A stretch of 64,000 nt of DNA. Origin: Saprospiraceae bacterium. GTDB lineage: Bacteria > Bacteroidota > Bacteroidia > Chitinophagales > Saprospiraceae. Shown one piece after another: positions 38,427 through 49,100 of the stretch. Under the pieces are notes generated by a model. It was not told the DNA's origin and did not search any database. It saw nothing but the letters and a program-made list of their open reading frames with translations. The position numbers and the translations under genes are program-made. The first letter of the stretch is position 1; each line of letters starts with the position of its first letter. The stretch is from the NCBI GenBank assembly GCA_036479655.1, contig JAZGFO010000056.1:20451-84450 (forward strand), in the 5' to 3' direction.

Positions 38427-38545
38427 ATATACTTTTTTAGGTAATATTTATCAAAATAGCTAAATAAGGGATCCCTTACACTATTCATTACAAATGTAAA
38501 TATATTGTGAATCTACCAATTAAAAGAGTACTATGTATATTTTAT

Positions 38546-38869
38546 TTATAGTTCGATTTCTAAGTTCGTCTTGACTGTGTGTAATTCTGACAAAGCATGA
38601 AAATCAGCTTGCTTTTTGGCAATCTCAATTCCTTCAGTATAAGTTGTTAAAGCGGATTCTTTGTCGCCCAATTCGATTTGTAGCGCACCTAAGTGATAAT
38701 ATAGCCCGACATAATTGACATCCATTGATTTTAGATCTAAGTAAGTTTCTAATGCTGCTTTTAGTGTTCCTATTTTTTCATATTCTTTAGCTAATGCAAA
38801 CATGATAAAGCTATCTTCTGGATCTTCTGCCAAAAACTGTTTAAGGGTTTCTATACGATTAGTATTCAT
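38546..38869 (-). CDS. Small TPR-like helical protein
   Basis: 107 aa with TPR-like helix pairs (FALAKEYEKIGTLKAALETY, YYHLGALQIELGDKESALTTY). 5-bp gap to the LytTR regulator. Confidence 0.6.
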   Translation of the reverse strand: MNTNRIETLKQFLAEDPEDSFIMFALAKEYEKIGTLKAALETYLDLKSMDVNYVGLYYHLGALQIELGDKESALTTYTEGIEIAKKQADFHALSELHTVKTNLEIEL

Positions 38870-38874
38870 GGGTT

Positions 38875-39618
38875 TTATTTTAATAGACGCATTACGTATG
38901 GTTTTTTTCTTATAGATACTGGGACCATACTATCATCTTTCATTGTAATATAACCACCCTCCGTTTTGACGTATGCTTTGACTTGATCCATATTAATAAG
39001 GTGAGATTGATGGACTCTGACAAAACCAGATTCACCAAGCATTTTATCGTATTCTTTTAATGTTTTAGTGATAAGAAGTTTTGTGCCGTCTACAAAAAAG
39101 AATTGTGTGTAATTAGTCATCGCTTCCATCCGTATAATATCTTTAATTGCTATCACAACTATCTTTTCGGAAGTATGCAATGCTATTTTATTTAGCGTTT
39201 TTGATTTATCAAGACCATCCTTTAATATTTCTAATTGTGCTTTGCGTTGCTGTTTTTGATTAGATATTTTACCTACCGCTTTGATCAGCAATTCTGGATC
39301 GATGGGTTTGAGCAAATAATCAAATGCAGAATACTGAAAAGCTTTTAGCGCATAATCTTGTCTTGCCGTAACAAATATTACAGATTGTATTGATGATGGT
39401 AATATATCTAATAGATCAAAACCTGTCCCGTCTTCCATTTCTATATCCAAAAATAAAATATCAGGTACTATGTTTTTTAATAATTTTGCTGCTGACAAGA
39501 CTCCTTCTGCCTCTCCTATTACCTCTATGTTAGGGCAGTGATCATTGATGTCTGCCTTTAATGACAACCTCGCCAATTCCATATCATCAATAATTATGGC
39601 TGTTAATTTATTTTCCAT
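38875..39618 (-). CDS. LytR/AlgR-family (LytTR) response regulator
   Basis: REC domain (IIDDMELAR ... LFLDIEM ... K) plus C-terminal LytTR motif FVRVHQSHLIN. Confidence 0.9.
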   Translation of the reverse strand: MENKLTAIIIDDMELARLSLKADINDHCPNIEVIGEAEGVLSAAKLLKNIVPDILFLDIEMEDGTGFDLLDILPSSIQSVIFVTARQDYALKAFQYSAFDYLLKPIDPELLIKAVGKISNQKQQRKAQLEILKDGLDKSKTLNKIALHTSEKIVVIAIKDIIRMEAMTNYTQFFFVDGTKLLITKTLKEYDKMLGESGFVRVHQSHLINMDQVKAYVKTEGGYITMKDDSMVPVSIRKKPYVMRLLK

Positions 39619-39620
39619 AG

Positions 39621-40154
39621 TTATGTGTTTTCTCTATAATACTTTGAAGCTTCGACATAACCTTGAGCCGTTTTTTTGATATAATAGTCCGCTTTTTCGG
39701 CGTCTATTTTTTTAAGCTTTTTTGCTGGAACACCTGCATAAAGATATCCCGATTCTAATCTTTTTCCTCCAGTTACTACTGCTCCAGCCGCTACTATTAC
39801 ATTGGATTCTATTACTACATCATCAAGTACTATTGCTCCCATACCTATCAATACATCATCATGAATAATACATCCATGTACTATTGCTCTATGACCGATT
39901 GATACATTATTACCTATTATAGTATCTCCTTTGCCATCACTACCATGCACAATAGCACCATCTTGAATATTGACATTGTCCCCAATAATGATCTTATTGA
40001 CATCACCTCTTATTACTACTTGATACCAGACACTACTTTGCTTTCCGATAACTACATCACCAGTTATTGTAGCATTGTTAGCTATCCAGCAGTTAAGTGC
40101 AAATTGAGGTGTTTTCCCTCCGATTGAAATTATATTTCTATTGCTAATATCCAA
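39621..40154 (-). CDS. Gamma-carbonic-anhydrase-family / hexapeptide-repeat protein
   Basis: Left-handed beta-helix hexapeptide repeats (IGDNVNIQDGAIVHG, IGNNVSIGHRAIVHG). 177 aa. Confidence 0.85.
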   Translation of the reverse strand: MDISNRNIISIGGKTPQFALNCWIANNATITGDVVIGKQSSVWYQVVIRGDVNKIIIGDNVNIQDGAIVHGSDGKGDTIIGNNVSIGHRAIVHGCIIHDDVLIGMGAIVLDDVVIESNVIVAAGAVVTGGKRLESGYLYAGVPAKKLKKIDAEKADYYIKKTAQGYVEASKYYRENT

Positions 40155-40155
40155 T

Positions 40156-41100
40156 TTACTTCTTATTTGAAACAGGTGACAATTTATATCCTACTTTTCT
40201 CAACAAATGAATTACACCGTTTTCTCCCGCAAGATGTGCTGCTCCAACAGCAAAAAATGTTGGTGTTGTTGCCATTGATTCTTCCATTGTACTTATCCAT
40301 TTTGCATTTCTTTTGGTAAGTAGTATATCTTCAAACTCTGATATGTCTTGATCTTCATCCATTATTGCCGTTATCATTTGATTGATACGCTGCGTAGTGT
40401 ACATTTTTATCATTTCTGCAAATTCATCGCTTCCTGCATCACTATTCTTTATAGACTCCACAAGCATATTTGCTTGGGCTTTATATGGAATACTATCAAA
40501 TACAGACATTTGAAATTCGATAGTTTCTAATCCACCTGTTGGCTTATTTGACTCATTAGCAATTTCTAAAAATTCCATCTCGTATGATTTCATACTTCCT
40601 GATTGCAACCCAGATGGATCCATATCACCTGATGCGAATACTGATAAAAACATTGGTTTGATTCTTTGAAGCATTGTTAATGGCAAACCAATTTTTGAAA
40701 AATGATTGTCTACTAACTTATAATCTTCTTCAGATAGCAATGATTCTAATGTTTGTCCCTCAGACATAAAGGCTTTTGACATCAGTCCCATCATTTTGCT
40801 CATATCATTCATCTCATTCATGTCTATCTCAAACATCATTTTGTCTGTATTGTCGATTGCTGATAATGTGCCCTTAGGATAGAAAAAATCTTTAGAATCT
40901 ATTATATGGATTGTACCATATAGATATGATGGCTTTGTTAATTTGTTGCCTTCTATTTTCCATAACAATGCATCTTCTAATTTTTTATATTTAATTCCAG
41001 ATTGCTCACTCCCTGACAAATCTTTGGTTGTCTTACAGCTTCCAAATGTTATTGATATTGCTATTATTGCAAATAATAAAAAACGATTGAATAATTTCAT
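40156..41100 (-). CDS. TraB/GumN-family protein (exported)
   Basis: YLYGTIHI and FFAVGAAHLAGENGVIHLLRKVGY motifs. I place the start at the ATG at 41100 (MKLFNRFLLFAIIAISITFGSC signal/lipobox), not the track start at 41160. Confidence 0.8.
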   Translation of the reverse strand: MKLFNRFLLFAIIAISITFGSCKTTKDLSGSEQSGIKYKKLEDALLWKIEGNKLTKPSYLYGTIHIIDSKDFFYPKGTLSAIDNTDKMMFEIDMNEMNDMSKMMGLMSKAFMSEGQTLESLLSEEDYKLVDNHFSKIGLPLTMLQRIKPMFLSVFASGDMDPSGLQSGSMKSYEMEFLEIANESNKPTGGLETIEFQMSVFDSIPYKAQANMLVESIKNSDAGSDEFAEMIKMYTTQRINQMITAIMDEDQDISEFEDILLTKRNAKWISTMEESMATTPTFFAVGAAHLAGENGVIHLLRKVGYKLSPVSNKK

Positions 41101-41256
41101 ATTAACTTTATAGTTGATGTAATAAAATGTAAGGATACAATTTCTCATACCATTTCCCATAGTTCAACTATGTATTATTCCTGTGAGTTCATTTTAATTG
41201 ATTAAAATCGACCGAAGAAGCAGATAAACCAACTAACAACTCATTTTTTAGAACAT

Positions 41257-41787
41257 TTACTTTTGTATTTTTCTGATTTGCTTCAATATTTTTTTTCCTC
41301 TGGCTCTAAAACCTGAACTTCCATGAGGTAAATGTTCTTCTATAATTATAGAAAGCTCATTAACCAATTCAGGATGAATCATTACTATATTAGCAGCAGT
41401 TGTCATTGCAAACACCCTAATAGCAATAGCTTGTTTTAAATCAAGGAGATATTCAATACTTATATCATATACCCTACCTTCAAACTCTTCTGGAATATCA
41501 ATATACTGAAGTACTCGAAAAGTATTGCGAACAACAGCATCGTGCATTGGATTAGATAAGTTGGCAACCATTTTTTCCAAATACGGGTATATGATTAGAG
41601 GACTTGTATCAACCACCTTGGATACTACCCATGATGCTCTTTGGCAAATTCTAATTTCTTTACTAAAAAAACATGCCATCAATTCTTTAACTTTATCAGG
41701 ATTGCTGATTACTTCATTCGATAAGATTTTACCTATAGCGTGATTATAATCTTTATTGAAATATTGAAGAAATGAGGAATCTGACAT
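41257..41787 (-). CDS. Hypothetical helical-repeat (HEAT-like, possibly AlkD-like) protein
   Basis: All-helical composition. Weak resemblance to DNA alkylation repair HEAT proteins. Start placed at the internal ATG MSDSSFLQYF, since the track extension MDFYIVFLVDKSKKQ looks spurious. Confidence 0.5.
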   Translation of the reverse strand: MSDSSFLQYFNKDYNHAIGKILSNEVISNPDKVKELMACFFSKEIRICQRASWVVSKVVDTSPLIIYPYLEKMVANLSNPMHDAVVRNTFRVLQYIDIPEEFEGRVYDISIEYLLDLKQAIAIRVFAMTTAANIVMIHPELVNELSIIIEEHLPHGSSGFRARGKKILKQIRKIQK

Positions 41788-41874
41788 TTGTTTTTTGCTT
41801 TTATCAACTAAAAATACAATATAAAAGTCCACAAACCCTATTTAAGAGATTGCGACTTATATTTTATGTGTTAA

Positions 41875-42981
41875 CTATTTTATATCCGTTAAATAATCTT
41901 TGATAATCTCCGATAGATAACTACTAGCATTTTGCATTGAATCCTCAATATCTTTACTTCTTGACATTATGGTTTTAATCTCTATTTTAAGATTAAGGTT
42001 ATCTACAATGCTATCTCCTACTATTAACAACACAGGTTTATTGTGTTTTTTTGCCAATTTTAGAATAGCTCCAGTCACTTTTCCATTGATTGATTGATTA
42101 TCTAATCTTCCCTCACCGCTAATGATCAAATCACTTTGTAAAATATGATACTCCAAATTTGTACTTTCCGATATCATCTGCCATCCACTTTTTATATTCG
42201 CATTACACAGTCCAAATAATCCGGCTCCAATACCTCCTGCTGCTCCACCTCCACTTATTGCCGATATATCAACTGAAAATTTATCATTGACAACATTTGC
42301 AAATTCTTGTAGTCCAATATCTAAATATTCAATATCTTCTGCAGACGCACCTTTTTGAGCTCCAAATCCGTAAGCAGCTCCATTAGGACCAAATAGTACA
42401 TTTGTTACATCAGTAAAACAATTTATTGTAATTTTTGAAAAATCTATTTTAACATCTTTACTGTCAATATCTACAATTTTGACCAAGCTATCCCCTATTG
42501 GCAAAAGGGTTAATTGTTTTTCATCATAAAATTTAAATCCCAATGCAGCTGCAATACCAATACCAGCATCATTAGTGGCGCTCCCTCCAATAAATAAGTT
42601 GATTGTCGTATTCCCCTTTTTTATCGCATGTAATATTTGCTGTCCTGTTCCAAAAGTGCTTGTATATCGTGGATTTTGCTCATCTGTCGGCACTAACAAA
42701 AGCCCCGATGCTTTCGATAATTCTATATATGCACTCTTTTTATTTTCATAATAATATGTTGATATTTCTCTACCTTTACTATCAATTACCTCCGTTTCTA
42801 CTTTCGACAATTTTAAACTTGAGGCCAATATATCAATAGATCCTTCCCCTCCATCTGACATTGGGTGATTTATTATTTCTATAGTTTTATTGTAGCGCAG
42901 AATTCCAATAGACAATGCCTTACAGACCTCTTCAGCTGTCAATGATCCTTTAAATTTGTCCGGTACTAATAATATTTTCAA
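41875..42981 (-). CDS. glxK: Glycerate kinase
   Basis: (M)KILLVPDKFKGSLTAEEV ... MSDGGEGS ... GEGRLDNQS. A TTG start at 42981 gives the canonical N-terminus. The longer track ORF (to 43107) runs through the giant gene's terminator. Confidence 0.85.
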   Translation of the reverse strand: MKILLVPDKFKGSLTAEEVCKALSIGILRYNKTIEIINHPMSDGGEGSIDILASSLKLSKVETEVIDSKGREISTYYYENKKSAYIELSKASGLLLVPTDEQNPRYTSTFGTGQQILHAIKKGNTTINLFIGGSATNDAGIGIAAALGFKFYDEKQLTLLPIGDSLVKIVDIDSKDVKIDFSKITINCFTDVTNVLFGPNGAAYGFGAQKGASAEDIEYLDIGLQEFANVVNDKFSVDISAISGGGAAGGIGAGLFGLCNANIKSGWQMISESTNLEYHILQSDLIISGEGRLDNQSINGKVTGAILKLAKKHNKPVLLIVGDSIVDNLNLKIEIKTIMSRSKDIEDSMQNASSYLSEIIKDYLTDIK

Positions 42982-43062
42982 AATAGTAGTTCTAGTTACA
43001 AATACGCTCCGTATAAATTGGGTAGATTCAAGTAATAATGTCAAAGAAACAAAATTAGAATT

Positions 43063-43096
43063 AAAAAAGTGGAGCCATTTACTAACGACTCCACTT
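43063..43096 (-). terminator. Intrinsic terminator of the giant ORF
   Basis: Stem aagtggag / ctccactt (43067..43074 and 43089..43096) with a 14-nt loop. On the minus strand it is followed by T6 (the A-run 43063..43068). Confidence 0.65.
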
Positions 43097-43155
43097 ATAC
43101 TTATCATTTTGTCTCTTTCTTATCAAATTGACAAAAAACAAACTTTCATTTTTTA

Positions 43156-46100
43156 TTATTCAGTATCTATCACTGTTATATCGCCTGAGAATTCTTTTAC
43201 AGTACCGTCAATGAACAACAGCTCTGTATAGAATACATACACTCCTGAGACAACTAATGTTTCTTTAAACATTCCGTCCCAACCAACACTTGGGTCTCTC
43301 GGTGGCGCATTCTCTATATCAAACAGCTTTTCTCCCCATCTATCAAATATTTTTAAACTCAATACCGACTCTACATCATCACTCTTAATATAGAACACAT
43401 CATTATCACCATCTCCATTTGGAGAGATAATATTAGGGAATGCTACATCCACTATTTGTTCTAATTGAATTTGAATTTCGTCATGTGCCTCACAACCGTT
43501 TTCATTGGTTACTTGTACATAATAAGTTGTTACATTCTGTGATGGAGTAACTTCTATACTTCCACATTGTAATCCTTGACAGATCGTATCAGTATTATCT
43601 TCAAAATCTGTCCATACAATATTAGTAACTAAGGTACTATCATAGTCAATCGATAATGTAAATGTTTCTCCCAAGTCTCCAACTATATCAGCTCCTGCAT
43701 CAACATAGATAGCTGCAGGTTCTGTAATTGAAAATTCATATTCTTGGATACATCCATTTCCATCCATTATCGTCACTGTATAATCATTAGCTGGCAATGT
43801 ATTCCATGTTGAAGGATCCGTTACTGGTGCTCCCCCATTAAGAGAATATGTATAACTACCATCTCCACCAAACTGATTTATCAATTCTACTCCTCCATCA
43901 TCAAATCCATTACATGATATATCCGTAGGATTTACATCCATCTGAGGTAAATCATCAGAAGTAATAACTTCTACTTGATCTACATCAGTACAACCAGTAG
44001 CACTGTTTATTACAGTTAATTCATAAATTCCTTCATTCATTGCCGTAAAATTAATATCCGTTCCTACTTCAGTACCAGTATTAGTATTAACCCAACTATA
44101 AGAGATATCATCTCCTGTACTTGTCCCTGAATCTCCTAATTGTGCTGATGTAACATCACAATCCAACATCTTAGTATCTCCCGCATCAGCAGTTGGGTTA
44201 GGATCTAGGATCACTGTCACTGTTGTCTGGACATCAGGACAAGGTGCATTATTATCAATTATATAATCAAATGAATATGTACCTTCAGATTGTCCATCAG
44301 TATTGAATGTTGCATTTGCATCATCAAATCCTGTACTTCCAGTTGTTTCTACCCATGTACCTCCAGCATCTTGACCAGACAACTGAGCATTTAGATCTAT
44401 CACTTCTGCAAGTCCTGCACATAATCTGTAATCTTCTGCAATACCAGAGTTTGCTGGTTCTCCGATTAGAATACTAACTACTTCCGTTTCTGGACAATCT
44501 GGCAATGGTGATGTAATTGTATAAGTAAGATCGTAACTTCCTGCCACTACACCATCTATATCTAACATACTTCCAGATATAGTAAGTTCTGTAGAGCTCC
44601 AAGTACCCGGATTATTAATATCATCATATTGAGCTAAATCTACTGGTCCGTCCGTATTACAAACATCATCAGGATCTAATGGATTTATTGGAGGACAATT
44701 ACACTCATCTATAACTGTTACTGTTACTGTATGTACAAAATCTTCACAAGGATCAGCATTGTCGATGGTATATAAGAATGTATATATTCCTACTGGCACA
44801 TTTACAAAACTCGCATTTTGTTGTTCTATTAAAGTGCCAATTGGTACTCCCGAACTAGTTACTTCAGACCAAACTCCAGCACCAGCATTATCTACCAATG
44901 TTGTAAAGTTTACCATAGTAACTCCATTACCAGAATCATCATTACATACTTCTACTTCATCTATTCCATCTGTAAGTTGGTAATTAGAAACATTAAACAT
45001 AACTGACAATGATTGAGTACAAGTACCTGTTACCACTTGATCAAGCGTATATACTATTGTGTATGTACCTGCATTTAAATCAATGGCATCAAATGTGTTA
45101 CCAGTAATTCTATCAGATATGTCTGTTCCTCCAGAAGTAAACACTTCAAATGTACCTGGATCAGAACCATCTGCCAATATCTCTAATTCAAAAGAATCTG
45201 AATCATTACATACATCTGCTGGTGGAACTAACATTATCGGTGGACAATTACAATCTCCAACTGTAATTGTAATTACTGTAGATATATCTGTACATGGCTC
45301 AACTGCTACATTAGTATTAAAAGTAAAAGTAAACATAGAACCAACTGGCTGACCATCAAAATCTACATTTGAGATACCCGCACTTACCTCATCAATAGGT
45401 AAAGTTGGAGTTCCACCAGTCTGCGTCCAAGTACCAAGGGAAGATTCAGAATCTAACCAATCATATAAATTTGATACCGTAGAACCATTACCCGTATCCA
45501 TACTACATGGAGTAGGTCCTGTAATTGGAATAATAACTGGTTGTTTTCTAATTAACAATGAATTTATATAGGCCAATTCACAAGTAGGACCTGCACTATT
45601 ATTCAATGTCCATGTTATATCATATAGACCAGATGGTATATCTGCAGGATCTACCATACTAGTACCCATCAATGTAAGCCCTGAGGCTACTGACCAAGAC
45701 CCTAATAATCCTTCTGGATTTACCAATAAATCATTAAGATCAATAGGTAGTCCATTGTTACACAACGTATCTGTCAATACAGCTATTAATGGGCAATTGC
45801 AATCTCTTACTACAACTGTTACCTCCACAACTGCTGGCGGACACGGAGAGCCTACTGGCGCTTCTGATGTGTACTCAAATGTGAATGTCTCAGGAAAGTC
45901 TGTAAGACTGCTGCTTGATATCATTGATCCACCAGTAATATTTATATTAGTACCTGTCAATTGTGCCCATGTCCCTCCATCTGAAACACTATTAGATATC
46001 AAATCAAATAAGTCCATAGAAGTCGGTGAAGTCTGACCTTCAATATTACATAAATCGCCATCTCCAACAACTGATACTGTAGGCACTTCAAATACAGTAA

Positions 46101-49100
46101 ACATCTGCTCTGAATATTCTTCACATGCAGGTCCTCCTGAATTATCAAGTGTGAACCTTACAGTGTACACTCCTCCTACAATTCCGTTTGCATCAAATAT
46201 AGACCCAGTAATCAAGCCATTAATATCTTGAGCGACTGGTCCCGAAATAACACTCCATGAACCAGGATCTCCTGTCAATACAGACAGATTTAAATCATAA
46301 TCATCATCATTACACATATCTGGCACAAGTGATGTTGCTGGACTCGGGCATGGGCAAGCGACTACATTTACTACCATCACTTTTGATACATCCATACAAG
46401 GTTGCTCCGCATCATTAGTTGTGAATTCAAATACATAATATCCAGTTTGAATTCCTTCAAAACAAACATTATCTAAACCAAAATCACTAAAGACAAAACC
46501 AGGTATAGCACTTACTTGACTCCAAGTACCATTGCTACCACTTACTTGATTATTAAAATTGACACATAATGAATCTACACCACTATCTTCTCGACACACA
46601 TTTACAGTATCAGTAACAGTAATTATAGGTGTCGCAAAATCCATTACTTCAAATGATCCAAATGCATCACATCCAGAAACAATATCAATTGCAGAAACTG
46701 TAAATGTACCAGGGCCTGAAATAGTAAAAGTATTAGTTGTACTTAATACTGTAGTACCATCACTCCATTCAAAATTTATAAAATCTCCATTTACTTCTAT
46801 CGTTTCTCCTATTCCATCACAAATATTTACATCTCCTAAATTAATAGGTATATTATCATCTTGTATAAATGTGACTGTAGAATCATTGGTACATCCATTA
46901 ATGTCAGTTATTGTAAGTGTAACTGTAATCTCAGTAGAAACCGTAATCTCTGGTCCTGTTATAGGAAATTCTGGTGATGTAGATGTCCATACATAAGATA
47001 CTCCACCACTACCTGTCAATGTAGCAGAACTTCCAGCACAGAATACTGTTGATCCCGCCATATCTAATTCAGGAGGAGTATTAACATTAACTGTAAATAT
47101 CTCAATACTTGTACATCCCGTCAGATCAGTCGCTTCTACTTGATAAGTAGCTGTACTATCCGGTGAGAATATAACCGATCCTGTACTCCCAATATCAGGT
47201 GTCCAAACAAATGTATCAAAATCACCAGCATTGGTAACAGTAATCGTTGCTTCATCACCTATACAAATATTTTCAGTACCCGCTATCTCAATAGGTGTAC
47301 CTGTTGTAAGTGGTATATCTATCTCAATACTACTACTACATCCTGCAGGAGTACTCGCTACTATAGTATAACAAGTATAAGATAGCAAATCTACAGCAGG
47401 GAATGTAAATGTTCCAGAATTAGAAAACCCGTCTTCAAGATAATCTTCTTGTGGACATCCTCCGTATAGTACAAAGTCGGTAAGTGGGTTACCAAGAGCA
47501 TCAAATCCAACTATATTTATCAATGCTTCGGTATCTCCACATTCTATATCAAATACAGAAACATTTAGAAGTAATTCTCCTGTAATATTTACTGTCACAC
47601 ATACGGTCTCAGTACACCCAAAAAAGTCAGTCACCTCAGCACACAATTCATATGGACTATTAAATTCAGAACTCGCTTGTTCATTAATTATATATGTCTC
47701 GCCAAATCCACCAACTTCACCTACTAATCCTATAGGGCTAGAATTCCAAACTACATTATAAGGTGCAGATCCACTCAAGTAATCTATCGTCACAAAATAA
47801 TCTGGATCAAAAGGAAAGAAATTATCATCTTTACATACTTCTATTTCATCAGGTAATTCTATAATTACTGGTGGTTTTACATCTACTTGTACTTCTGCAA
47901 TATCTTCACATCCTAAATCATCAGTAACTGTCACAAAATAAGTGGTAGGAACTAATGGACAAACATTGATAGATGCTGTAGTTTCTCCAGTACTCCATTC
48001 ATAAGAATATGGCATACCAAAACCTCCAATAACATCTGGGGTAATATCTGTACAAAATCCATCACATATATAAACATCTGGAGGAAATGTAGCCATTAAT
48101 TCTGGGTATATGGTTACTATTATTTCGTTTTGAGGTCCTGGACAAGGTAATGTTTCATCCTCAGAATACACAGTATAGGTTACCATCTGTATATCATTTG
48201 TAAGATTCGTAAGATCATCTTCTATTGTACCCGTTCCATTTTCAAAAATATATGTCATTTCTCCACTTACGTTAGGATTATCTTCTACTTCAACAATAAT
48301 TGTATTAGTCGATCCGTCTACGGTAGATACAAAAATATTAGTAGTTCCATTAAAGCATATTTCTTCATCTTCTCCCTCTACAGCCGGTGGTGCTTCACAC
48401 TCGACTAACCATGGATAACTCACCATTGCTTTATCAATTAGGCATTCCCCAACTGGATCTTCCCAACATCCACCAACTCCATCAGAAAAGGTTTGGAAAC
48501 TAATCTGAAGATCTCGATTATCAATACAATCTTCATAAGAGTCAAAAGTTTTAACAATAAGAGTAAATTCCCAATCAATCTGAGACATAGTAGATCCAAT
48601 ACCCCATGCTTCCCCTGGAGAGCAATCATTATCACATCCAGCATTGCCACCATTACTAATCCAGAAATATCCACTCGGTAATATATCTCCCTCTACCATA
48701 AATTGTTGATCACATTCACTACAGTTTTCACACAATAGATTACATAGTCTCAATACACCGTTATTATCAATATAAGTACACATATGTGGTAAAGGTTCTT
48801 GGAGAATTGGAGCACAAGCACCACCTTCTTCGAACCAAGTAGCGACTCCTGCAGGTGTACCTGTCGGAGCATTTGCAACATAATCAAAATTTTCAAGATC
48901 CCATCCGGGTCCAAATTTAGGTACAATACCTATTAACCAATCTTGTCCAGTCAGTGTAGCATCGTAGAAGAAACTAATATTTATTGTTACTTCTTCTCCA
49001 GCACAAAATGGTCCTTCTAATGCTCCTTCATTTTCTCGTTCGATTACTTCCATTACAAGAGATGGATCTGTACAATCACTTTCATCTCCTAAGCATATTA

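Noticed and set aside
41101-41160. N-terminal 20-codon extension of the TraB/GumN ORF (MGNGMRNCILTFYYINYKVN)
   Set aside because: The internal ATG at 41100 starts a textbook signal/lipoprotein sequence, so the extension is likely a track artefact.
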